64,000 bases of DNA from Octopus sinensis (taxonomy: Eukaryota), in the NCBI RefSeq assembly GCF_006345805.1, contig NC_043003.1:47430001-47494000 (forward strand), written 5' to 3'. Positions 52,593 to 64,000 of the stretch are shown here, in pieces. The position numbers and the translations under genes were made by a program. Below the pieces are notes generated by a model. The model made no database searches, had not been told where the DNA came from, and worked only from the letters and a program-made list of their open reading frames with translations. Every line of letters begins with the position of its first letter. The stretch's first letter is position 1.

Positions 52593-52709
52593 CTGACGAA
52601 ACAAGACATCGATATTGAACGAGAGACATACCAAACATCCCGTGCCGGTCTCGATAGTCTAGTTGCCGAGGCCAAGAAACGTCTGGAAGACGAAACTCAA
52701 ACTAGGATA
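52593..52709 (+). CDS. RUFY2: RUFY exon H (117 nt, phase 0-0): LTKQDIDIERETYQTSRAGLDSLVAEAKKRLEDETQTRI
   Basis: Acceptor cgtttgcag|, donor gtgagt at 52710; matches the RUFY ExxTYxxSRxGLD motif. Confidence 0.93.
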
Positions 52710-52989
52710 GTGAGTATTTCTGTTAACAACTTTTATACGACAACAAATCTTGTTCTTCTTCCATATAAACAAGAAACTGTTGATTAGCTTGAACTTTCAT
52801 TTGAATTTTCTTTTGCTCTCTCAAATACTTTCAAACTCTTTTCTTCACTCTCTGACTCTCTCTCTCTCTTTCCCTCTCTCTCCTTGTTTCTTTCTATATA
52901 TCTATCTACATAAATACATATGTACATACACCAACACCAATAGCTTACATTTGTTGTCTGATACAGACTATTCAGTTGATTATGTTTGC

Positions 52990-53780
52990 TGGAGTTTATG
53001 CATTTTATCTACTGAATGTGTAGTATCCTGTAGAATTAGATATATACTTCCACAATAAACAGTAATGGATAGAGTTTTGTAAAGCAGGTCTGTTTCTTAT
53101 AAATATGTAATTCTTCAGTGAGTGTTTAGTGGATGTAGAATTGGATGTTTTTCTAGAACATGCAATTCTCTAATCAATACATAGTGTCTTTTCTACAATA
53201 CACAGTTCTCTAATGCATGAACGCATGTGTAGTACTTTTAGGTACATGTTCTACAATGCACAGTTCTCTAATGAATATGTCGTGTCTTGTACAATTGGAT
53301 GTTTCTATCATAAACTATGGTGCATATGTAGTATACTATGAAGTAGATATATTTTCCTATAATACAGTCAGTTCTCTTATCAATGCATAATGTAATATAG
53401 AGCCATAATATATAGTTTTTTAGTAAATGTTCAGTATCTTGTAGAATTGAATATGTTTCCATAATGCACCTTTCTTGAGTGAATGTTTAGTATCTCTTAG
53501 AGTAGCGTATCTTCTACACTATACCATTCTCTACTACATATGCATTATTCTGTAGAGTTCTTATTTCTTAGTGAATTATCTAATGGATACAGAAACTTTT
53601 TAGTATGTGCAGTGGGATTTCAAAAAGAGGCTAAATGTAAAGTGTTTTTGTAGGGCATGTAGCTGTAGGTGTGAATAGTGTATTCCCTTGATGTGTATGT
53701 AACCTTAGGGGAAATTCACAGTATCTTATAGAACAATTGCAAGACCATAGTGTTACATTGAAGAATGCAGATATTAATTG
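52990..53780. repeat. Decayed tandem repeat, unit about 50-55 bp
   Basis: Recurrent gtagtatcttgtagaattggat and ttctacaatacacagttctctaatg variants. Confidence 0.6.
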
Positions 53781-54734
53781 TATGGATTTTCCTTTTTTCC
53801 TTTTCTTTTTTTTTTAAGAATTAGGTATAGTTAGTTAACATATTTTGTGACTTTACTATCTTGTGTAGAGTAACAATTTAGTATTTAATTTCCCATCAAA
53901 AATAAAGTGGAAATAGTGCAGTTGGTAGTTGGTTATGTGTGTGTATATAGTTAATCATTTTAAAAATTAGATATCTTGTATTTTCATTCTTAGTTGTTTA
54001 GCTGGGGTTTTTTCCATAATATTTTTTGTATTATTCTGTTTATACTCTTGCCATTTTATCTTTTGGTTGAAAATATCTTCCATCTGATGAAATTCCGATA
54101 CTTGAGGCAGTATATTGCATCAGTCATATGCATAAAATAATAGTTGTATATACATAAATATTATGTATAGATGATATGTATATTTATATATATATATATT
54201 TTTTTTTCTTCACAATATATAATGGATATATTTCTGTTTAATAATGCTATTTGATGTTGTTTGTCTCAATGTTACACACACACAGTTCCTCTCCTTCACT
54301 GCAAAATTTTACACTTTGCTTCTGACTGTATTTCTGCAAGCACCTTTCCTGTAATCTTTAAGCACCGATATCTGATATATGTCAAGTTGTTTTGATATTG
54401 TAACAGATCATGATTTGTTGTACTGTTAAATTGTTACATTTTGGAGAAAATTTCTTTGTTTTAAATTGTAAAAACTGTCATTTTAAAAATTTTATTTGTA
54501 AATTTTTCTTAAATATTTTTCCTTGGTTGATTCTTCTTACTTACAGCATTTTCATGTTCCTGCAGAAAAAAATGAAAAATGATATAACTTTGATTTATAG
54601 TAATTAAATGAAGGAATGTTTGGAGGGAATTAGTAGCTGTAATTGCTAGATATGTGGCACAAGGAAATTAAATTACTCTAACTTTGGTGCTAATAATAAT
54701 AATAATATAACAACAACAACAACAATAATAATAA

Positions 54735-55099
54735 TGGTTTCAAATTTTTGGCACAAAGCCAGCAATTTTGGGGAAGCAGGTAAGCCAATTAGATTGCCCC
54801 CACTGTTTAACTGGTACTTATTTTATCGACTCCCAAAAGGATGAAAGGCAAAGTCAACCTTGGTGGCATTTGAATATAATAATAATAATCCTTCCTACTT
54901 TAAGCACAAGGCCTGAAATTTTAGGGGAAGGGAGTAGTCAATTACATTGACCCCAGTGTTTCACTGGTACAATTTATCGACCCTGAAAGGATGAAAGGCA
55001 AAGTCGACCTCGGCAGAATTTGAACTCAGAATGTAAGGATGGGTGAAATGCCACTAAGCATTTTATCTGGCATGCTAACGATTCTGCCAGCTTACTGCC

Positions 55100-55141
<42 letters not shown>

Positions 55142-55190
55142 GTTTCTACTATAAGCACAAGGCCTGAAAATATGGGGGAGGGGCTAGGAC
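54735..55190 (-). mobile_element. Head-to-tail SINE A array (best-preserved copy 54890-55101) with (TAA)n spacers
   Basis: Direct reading; pure (TAA)n at about 55101-55140. Confidence 0.9.
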
Positions 55191-55751
55191 AGGTCATCAC
55201 AATCTGAGTTGGTTCTTGTTTGAGGTCTATTGCCCTCCAATGTTTGGTTAAGGGATCACACTTTTCTCACCTATTTTCATTTGGCAGGGATTTTACAGCT
55301 GGATGCCTTTCACAACACCAAACACTATACAGAGTGTATTGGATGCGTGTTTTTCTTTCTTCCTTTTCTTGTTATGGTACCAGTATTCGAGATGTTATCA
55401 TTTCCTCAACAAGACAAGACTAATGGAGTCCAGCAAACACTATGATGTCTCTGCACATTTGCCAACCACTTTACAGAATGTACTAGGTGCTTTTCATTCT
55501 TGGCACCAGTGCTCAAGAGGGTGTCATGTTCTTAAGAGTCCTCTTAGCATTAAGATATCTCTGTTTGTTCATTCACCATTTCACAAAATGCACTTGATGC
55601 ACTATATATATAAACATACATCGTCATTGTTTTAATGTTCACTTTTTCATGGTTGAATGAGGTTTATTAAGACAAATTTTCTATGGCTGTCTTTCTTCAA
55701 CAAATTCCATCTGACCCATACAAGTGTGGAAAAGTGGATGTCAAAATGATG

Positions 55752-55784
<33 letters not shown>

Positions 55785-57582
55785 TTTGATAATGTTTGTG
55801 TTGTCATAATATTTTTCATTGTACCTTTTCAATATCAGGGTTTCTTGCTCTTCCTTATGTTTTATCATTAAAGTTTCATCTATAGCATTCTTTTGTTATT
55901 ACAGAATGTTTTAGGGTAGTTTATGAATATCCTAAAACATTCTTATATAACAACGATAGACAAATCTTTAATAATAAAATGTGATTAATTGCTTAAACTT
56001 TAGAAATAAAGTTACCTCCTTTTCTTTAGATAATGCTGATTTGTATTTTTTTAATGAGGTAAAAAAGAACCTGTGTGATTATACAAAAAAAGAAACAAAA
56101 AACTAGGACTGGTAGGATTTAATCTTATAGCAAGACACTGAACTGAATAGCAGAAAATCTTCCTACATTAACCTTCTGCAATGTTTCTTCTCATACACAT
56201 ATTAAAGGTAATTATTCGACACTCAAGAGTTGATGTAAAGGGAGATAATCAGGTCAGCCTTCATCCTGCAGATCAAGGATCAGATGTGTTCTTACCTTGA
56301 TTATCCTATTTCTATTCAGGTATAAGGTATTCAGAACCACATTATTGAATGAATCCTGCCATTTTCTTTTATTTTTTTGTTTTAGAAAGTTAATTGGTAT
56401 TTGAGAGATATTCCTTTGTTGTCAGTGTAAATGTATACATGTACAATTCTTTTAATAGCTTCTTTTATTGGGCTCTGATCATACTGAATGGAGGGAGAGA
56501 GAGATACATGGAACCTATCATTAACATCTTCATTTTCTAGCTGAAGAAATTTAGTTTTTGCTGTTTGAAATTTCAATTACAGCTGGGTGAACGGAGAGTT
56601 TATTCATCAGGAAAGTGTCACCTGCAAATTTGAAAATTAATTTTTCTGTAACTTTAGCTGTGATAATAGTAATTACAATAATCTCCGCCTCAAATAACAA
56701 GAACTCACAAGTAACTGGCGCCACAAAAAAAGCACCCAGTACACTCTGTAAAGCTGTAGAAACCATGCCAAAACAGATGTCTGGAGCCTGGTGCAACTCT
56801 CCTTCTTGCCAGCTTCTGTTAAATCATCCAGCCCATGCCTGCTTGGAAAACGGAAGTTAAACAATGATGATGAAATTGCTAATTATAGTCAAGAGAATGT
56901 GTGAATTAATTGTCATTAAAGGAAAGGAATGTTTCTACTGCATCTAAAATGGATCATAGCTTCTCAAAATGCAGTACAGTTACTTGTATTTAATTAGGTG
57001 AATAAAACTTGTTCTTTACTTAAATTATACATTACTTTCTTCCTATTTCTCTCATTTCTATGATATTCAGAATATTAATGATAATACTGATGTATATATA
57101 GACACTTTTAATGAGTTTAATATAGAGTTTTAATAAGGTGCTATGGCAATTTAAAAAGTGATTATCAGATATCTGGAAAATTCAATTATCCAGCAACCCT
57201 CAGTTTCAGTGGTGCTGGACAGGAGGGAGTTTACTGTATATTAAAACTGTGACTAACTGTTAGATTTGAAATCTCTTATTTTGCTTTTATTGTGTCTTCA
57301 AGAAAAAAATTGACTATATTATTGTGTTCTGTTGCCAAAGGTTTATATTTTATTACTGGTTCTGCATTTTTTGCTTTGTCAAGACATCTCATTGTCATTG
57401 CTCAAGACATCCAAACTAAAACAGACACCATGAGTAACTGTGGATCATTGTTGTAAGAAACAAAATAATTCCTACCTAATGAGTGTTCTGTTACCTTGCA
57501 GGCTTGGATTTGATTTCCCCTCATGAGAACATCATAGAGAGAAAAAGACTTCCTGACTAATTTCTCTACACATGCTATAAGT

Positions 57583-57997
57583 GCAGGCATGGCTGTGTAG
57601 TTAAGAAGCTTGCTTCTCTACTTTGTGGTATCAGGTTCAGTTCCACTGCATGGCATACTATAGTCGCTGGCCAACCAAGGCCCTGTGAGTGGATTTGGTA
57701 GATGGAGACTGAAAGAAACTTGTGTGTGTATGTATTCATGCACACGTATACTTTTGTCCAGGTATCATGTGATGGTTGTAAATGAGCATCATCCATTGTA
57801 CAAATGATGTTGTTTGTTTCCAGTCTTTTGTAGAAAACATGTCTGGTCATGAGAAAATATTACCTTGCTTGGAAAACAGTTGAGGGTTGGTGACAGAAAA
57901 GGCAGCATCAAGCTGTAGAAAATCTGCCTCAACAAATTCCATCTGATTCATGCAAGCATGGGAAAGTGGACATTAAATTGATAATGCTGATGATGAT
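57583..57997 (+). mobile_element. SINE family C head with alternative RTE-type tail (type 2, (GAT)n end)
   Basis: Same head as 11253, but the body continues catgtctggtcatg..ggaaa..gcatgggaaagtggacattaa..gatgatgat; also at about 40425-40800. Confidence 0.75.
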
Positions 57998-59188
57998 ACT
58001 GTATGAAGGTCAAGTTTTCAAAAGATGGTCCTACAATCTAATGACTTATGGTGATCATATTTGTCTTGAATATATATGAACTGAATATATCTTTGATACT
58101 TTTCTTGGGGTGTTTCTTCACTCTAGTTTATTGATATTAATTTTTCGTATGAAATTTGTGGGTAATATATTATGTGAATAGGTTTTTGTCTGCTACTACT
58201 GCTGCTGCTGCTGTAGAAACAGTGGATTGTCTGACTGCAAAACTGCAAGCTGGCAGTCATTGGCACACTAGACAAAACGCTTAGCAGCATTTCATCTTGT
58301 TTTACATTCTGAGTTCAAATTCTACCAAAGTCAGCTTTGCCTTTCATTTTTTTTGGTGGGGTGGGATTGATGAAATCAGTACCAGTTGAAACTGAGGTCA
58401 AAGTAATTGACTTGCTCCCTCCCCCCAAAATTTCAGGCTTTGTGCCTATAGTAGAAAGAATTATTATTCATTGTACAATAAAGATTTAAAATACTGGTTT
58501 TTATTATCTTTTTCTTCATGTTAACTGTTAAGATGTAACAAAAGACCTTGGACAGAAAGTAACTCTCAAAGGAAATAGGCCATTCTATAAAGGATAGACA
58601 TGTTGGTCTTGGTATCCAACTGTAGTGGTAGCTAGAGAGTTGAATGATCTCCCTTTCAAGAAAGAACACAGAGTAACCTCCCTTCTCTAAGTTTCTCAAA
58701 GCATCAGTGTCATGGAGTGTGATTCTTAATTATTCTAGAAGCTTAGCGTTTCTCTTGGAAATTTCTAGAATGTCTAGCATTCCATTAATAAAAACGGCTT
58801 GCTAGCCCTTCACTTCTTAATCGATTAGACTTAGAGTCATTCAAATCATTGCTATGTCCATCTATTTCTCTATGCCATATGACTGAAAGCCACCACTTAG
58901 CTGTTACTTCTACATTTTCTATCTCTGAATCTTCTTGCATAGATTACTTCATTCAACTAGATTCTACATTTTGATTCTATGTATCATCATCGACCATTAA
59001 ATAAAATGTATTTTTATGTAGTAAATATATAGGTTTTGAATTTATTCTTCATCTCTTTATGAACTATTGTAATAACATATACGTAGCCACATCAACACCT
59101 TGTACTAACTATATATTTTTACTACACAACCATTCCAAGTGGTACGTCAATTTTCTGAGTGTCAAACATAATGGTCTGATAATAACTT

Positions 59189-59562
59189 GGTGGCACGTAA
59201 AAAGCACCATTTGAGTGTGATTATTACCAGTGCCGCCTTACTGGCATTTGTGCCGGTGTCACATGAAAAAACATTCCAGTGAGGTCATTGCCAGTGTTGC
59301 TGGACTGGCACCTGTGCAGGTGGCACGTAAAAAACACTATTTGAGCATGGCCATTGCCAGTACCGCCTGACTGGCCCTCGTGCTGGTGGCATGTAAAAGC
59401 ACCCACTACACTCTCGGAGTGATTGGTGTTAGGAAGGGCATCCAGCTGTAGAAACTCTGCCAGATCAAGATTGGAGCCTGGTGCAGCCATCTGGTTCGCC
59501 AGTCCTCAGTCAAATCGTCCAACCCATGCTAGCATGGAAAGCGGACATTAAACAATGATGAT
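59189..59562 (+). mobile_element. Family D non-autonomous retroposon (aggaagggcatccagctgtagaa...gatgatgat) with internal ggtggcacgtaaaaagcac subrepeats
   Basis: Other copies at about 7130-7280, 14960-15195, 22900-23100, 23240-23450 (-), 23800-24000, 28900-29140 (-), 31455-31620, 55270-55510 (-) and 56700-56875. Confidence 0.8.
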
Positions 59563-60231
59563 TTCCCATTTTTGCTGCTGATCATCCCCACAGTCTTCAT
59601 ATCTCTATTTTTAAATCAGCATATTTCAAGATCTTTCTTCTTTCTTGTCTGAAGGAATTGTGACATCTGTTATAAAGCTTTCTGGACTAGTTGCTTGCAT
59701 TGACCCCACTGTTTCACTAGTACTTGATTTATCGACCCCAAATGAAAGGCAAAGTCAACCTCAACAGAATTTGAACTCAGAATGTGCAGACGGATGAAAT
59801 GCTGCTTAGCATTTTGCTTGGCGTGCTAATGACTCTGCCAGCTTGCCACCTTTCTGTCATATATAATGATACCTGATGTACTTACTTTGTCCAATTGCTT
59901 TGTCAGTCTGGATGTCACAATTCCATAGAATTTTTGACTTACAAAGTTCATTTAGAGCCTTTTCTGGTTACATGATTATACCACATGTCTGATGTGTCAT
60001 ACCCATTTTTTCTCATGAAGTGACCAGTGTTGAATTGTTAGTGTTGAGGCAGTGAGTTGATGAACCATTAATGCCAGATAAATTGCCTTGCAGTTTTTAT
60101 TTTGGCTCTGTATTTGCCTTTTGTTGCTTTGTGGTTGATGCAATAAAATACCAATCAAGTACTGTGGTTCATGGTATCAGCTAACACTTCTCCTTGAAAT
60201 TGCTAGCCTTATACCTAAATCAGAAATCATA

Positions 60232-60262
<31 letters not shown>

Positions 60263-60269
60263 TATTATT

Positions 60270-60823
60270 GAGTGAGAGAGCAGTGCATGCCATCAAAGTG
60301 ACACTGGGGTAAAATATACCAAGCCCAATATACCCATCATGACTACCCGTCTGATAAGGGTACACCAGGCACATGCATCACAACCATATGTGCGCGACAT
60401 GGTGACCTCATATCAAGATAAACAGCACATGACCTTGCAGGTGGGGCCCAGTTAGAATTTTCTTCAGGTTGAGTAGCCCATCCCACTCAAAAGGTCCCTG
60501 AATAAGGGTTGTTTAAGGATGTTGAAAGAACCACCCATGTTTCCGGAGGTGAATTATTCAAACCCTAAAGAATCCCTCTCAACACATGGCTATGATGCTC
60601 CCCCACTACTTCTGCTCATGATCAGAGATGCACATATCGTCAGCCACTAAGGGACATGCTCAACTGGTTAAGGTCAAACAACTGACAAGCAAATCTGTGG
60701 TATTGAGCAGAATATTTGTTGTAGCCCATCTTTTATACCAAAACAAAACAATGTACATGATAACACTTCCAATCAGTTAAGATCAGAAGCCATGAGAGCC
60801 ACTGCCTGGTACTGCATCAGGGC

Positions 60824-60827
<4 letters not shown>
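60270..60827. mobile_element. ~560-bp non-coding insertion bounded by (ATT)n tracts on both sides
   Basis: More GC-rich than its flanks; (ATT)n at 60231-60269 and 60828-60869; only one copy in the window. Confidence 0.55.
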
Positions 60828-60871
<44 letters not shown>

Positions 60872-60889
60872 AGTTATTATTATGTTGAA

Positions 60890-61530
60890 TGGTAGATTGG
60901 CAGTCATTAGAGCATTAGACAAAACACCTTGTATTAATTAGGGCTCCTTGTGATCTGAGTTTAAATAACCCTGAGGTCAACTTTGCTTTCTGTCCTCTCA
61001 AGGTCGATGAAGTACCTGTCAAGTGCTAGGATCACTGGTATTGACTAACTCTCTCCCTCAAATTTTAGGCCTTGTACAAATGCTTGAAACAGTTATTATT
61101 TAGAGTGATGAATTGGCAGACTTGTTAGAGTATTGAATAGACTGCTTTGCAATGTTTCGTTCTGGTTCTTTATTTTCTGAGTTCAAATCCTGCTGATGTC
61201 AATTTGGTTTCCATCCTTTCAGATTCAAAGACATAGAATAGTAGTCAAGTACTGAGGTTAATGATATCAACTATCTCTTCCTTCCCCCACTAATTCCAAG
61301 CCTTGTAATTATCCTAGACACAATAACTATTAGCTGACAGAACCATTACCATACTGGACAAAATGCTTAGTGACATTTCTTTTGGTTCTTTATGTTCTGA
61401 GTTCAAATGCTGCTGAGGCCAACTTTACCTTTCATCCTTTCAGGGTTGATGAAATAGGGACCAGTTGAGCACTCCTCCACTAAAATTGCTTGTCTTGTTC
61501 CAAAATTTGAAACCATTATTATTATTATTG
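60890..61530 (+). mobile_element. Head-to-tail array of 3 decayed SINE A copies
   Basis: Repeated ggcag..ttag..ctgagttcaaat..tttcatcctttcagggt..tgaaaccattattatt. Confidence 0.8.
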
Positions 61531-61704
61531 TTATGTATTTACTCTCTCTTGATCATTACATTTAGTTTTTTATTTTGATTGTGTTTGTTGGCTTTTATAC
61601 GATTGTGTATGCTACCCTTTTGACATTCTACTCCAAATTTTCCATAAACTGCTTTTATTCATACTCCCCATATTTCATGTCTACTACTGTGGAATTCATT
61701 GCAG

Positions 61705-61872
61705 GATGTTGAACGAGAGTTGGAGCTTCAGATCAGCATGAAAACTGAAATGGAGATGGCATTGCGGTTGCTGGAGAAAGACATTCACGAGAAACAGGAT
61801 AACATTATTTCAATGCGGAAGCAATTGGAAGACATAAAAACATTAAACCTCGAGATGTACAAAAAACTCCAG
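61705..61872 (+). CDS. RUFY2: RUFY exon I (168 nt, phase 0-0): [56 protein letters not shown]
   Basis: Acceptor cattgcag|, donor gtaaga at 61873; conserved [11 protein letters not shown]. Confidence 0.95.
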
Positions 61873-64000
61873 GTAAGACATGGACTTACTGTTGATAGCT
61901 GGCAACTTGATGACTAATGTCTCTGAGTACAAAAGAAAAAGGACATTTTTTTTTTCCAGAAATCTTGCAAGCAGAAGTCAACATTATTTTTTGTCAATGT
62001 CAAGTACTTATTTTGTTGGTTGAAGCAAATGTAATTTAGGTTTTATAATAACGTTTCACTTCTGTCAAGGTTAGGACGTAACCAGATTTAAAAGAAATAG
62101 TACGGTCCTTGACTAAATGATTTGCAATAGTTTCATCTAAGGTGGTGAGTTGGCAGAATCATTAGCACACCTGGCTTAGCAGCTGAGATTGATAAAATAA
62201 GTACCAGCTGAGCACTGAGGTTGATGTGATCAACTTAACCACCTCCCGTGAAATTATTGGCCTTGTGCTAAAATTTGAAACCAGTATTTAGTTTCATCCT
62301 TCTATGAACTAAGTTCAAATCCTGTAGAGGTCACCTTTGCCTTTCAACTCTGGAGCTGGAGACTATCAGTAAAATGTGTCTCAGTTGTAGTTGTCTGATT
62401 GCCTAGTTCAAGTACTAGTAGCATAATTTGGTGCAGATAATCAAGTATATTTCCTCTCCTTCAAAACCCACTTTTGTTCCTGGTGAAAAAGATACCAGTA
62501 ATTTATTGATTTTAGTTATATTGTTGCATTTTGCCCCAGAACTAACAAAATAGAATAATCTCTCCCACCCACAAACTTTTTATTTTTATGTCATAGTAAT
62601 TTTCTTAGGATGTAAAAATCAAATAAAAAAAAATATGTAGAGAGTTCAAGGAGTTTGGATTTTGTCTGGAATTGAAACTGAATTTTAACTCATCAAAAGA
62701 TTTCCTCATCTTCTCAAGTGCTCCCTATTTTGACAGCTACATTGATATTTGTTTTGTATGTGCTAGGTCCCAGATAATTAAAATTTTTTTATTAGAAAAA
62801 AAACCCAGAATAGTATAAAACACATAAAATCCAGTCTATTACTGGTGCTTATTTCTTGGTATGCAGTGGGATTTGAACTCAAAACACAGAGGAAATATTC
62901 TAACACATTTAATTTATTGCTTTACTATGAAAGATGTTACCAATTTCTTACTTTTTGCTGTGTTGATTCAACTTTGGTTTCAAATAATTAATATTTAATA
63001 TTCTAAAATGTGCATTTTTCTTGATTAATCTATCATCTGCCAGACTTTTAGAAGTAAATGTTGCTATTTCAGAGGAGACAGTAAAGTGGGGTGGGTGGAG
63101 TATTTTCTTTTTAATGTTTGAATTAAAAGTGTTGCTTTAATCAATCTGTTATGTATTGTGAAAATGAATCAGACTTTTTGACAAGCAGTGAACTATTCAC
63201 CTTTTTATATTCTTCTCAGATTTAATTTTCATGCAGATATATCAAAAATGTCCAAAATGGAAACATTTCCTTTATAGATTCATATGAATATTACACACAT
63301 ACATCTCCATTATTTTCCATACTAGCATCGCTTGGACTAGGTGTCACAAGCCAGGTCTGTTCTAATTTAGAATAGTGTGTATGTATGTTTGTGTGTGCAT
63401 ACAATGTGCATGTGTAGAAGTCTGACTGTGAACATATTTGTATGTGTTTCATGAATGTATAATTCTCTCTACTTATGTCTTTGTGCATGAGTATGTATAA
63501 TCTGTTTATAAATGTGTGTGTGTGAGTGCATGTCTGCACACATATGTATATGTGAGTGTTTATGTTTAGGTCTTTCATATAATCATTGTTAATGTTCCTG
63601 CCATCATTATTACCATCATTTTTGTGTCCATCTTATGCTTTTTTTTTTACACTTAATGTGAAAGAAGGATCAGTAAACTTGTATAGTAGAGGATATGACA
63701 GGTGATACACAATGGAAGGTTTTAGTTGAAGGTGGTATAGTATCATGATATTTGTGACAAAGAGATAGAGAGAAAAAGAGAGATAGAAATGAAGTGCAAC
63801 AGCTTTTGTCAGTAGAAGAAACAGAGAATGAGAAAAATAACACAACCTGGTGAGTGGCCTATGGTTGTTGTTACACCCTGATTGAGGTGATCTATGTATG
63901 GGAATATTTCAGCTGTGACTGTCTCATTTTTTTTTGCATGTCTGAACACCCCAACCTGTTTTGAGATTTGGCTGCTATTTCTAGTACATCAAGTAACCAT

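Larger units (their letters stand above)
15262..61872 (+). other. RUFY2: Span of a partial RUN and FYVE domain-containing gene (9 internal coding exons; first coding exon and 3' exons not identified in the window)
   Basis: Exons join in frame (1121 nt) to give ..[101 protein letters not shown], collinear with vertebrate RUFY2 as I recall it. Probably a single invertebrate co-ortholog of RUFY1/2/3. Confidence 0.95.

Overview
AT-rich, repeat-dense eukaryotic genomic DNA, most likely from an octopus. That assignment is an inference from the SINE families and a mollusc-type protein. The only host gene I can support is a + strand RUN-and-FYVE-domain (RUFY1/2/3-family) gene. Nine GT-AG coding exons between 15262 and 61872 splice, with compatible phases, into one open frame of 1121 nt covering the RUN domain and the first coiled coils. 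The start-codon exon was not found, and the FYVE-domain exons lie beyond the window. The rest is intron or upstream DNA filled with tRNA-derived SINEs, decayed LINEs (CR1, RTE, R4/Dong), a mariner remnant, piggyBac-type MITEs, micro/minisatellites and local duplications. There are no prokaryotic features, CRISPR arrays or intact RNA genes. Best leads: (1) a foldback at 10498-10646 whose two arms each carry a minimal hammerhead-ribozyme fold with a non-canonical core, typical of Penelope-like element ends; (2) three unrelated foldbacks clustered within 10.0-11.2 kb; (3) (TAA)n tracts hosting head-to-tail SINE arrays and two R4/Dong insertions; (4) a six-cysteine small ORF in intron 1. All are hypotheses from manual reading; none establishes a new biological system.
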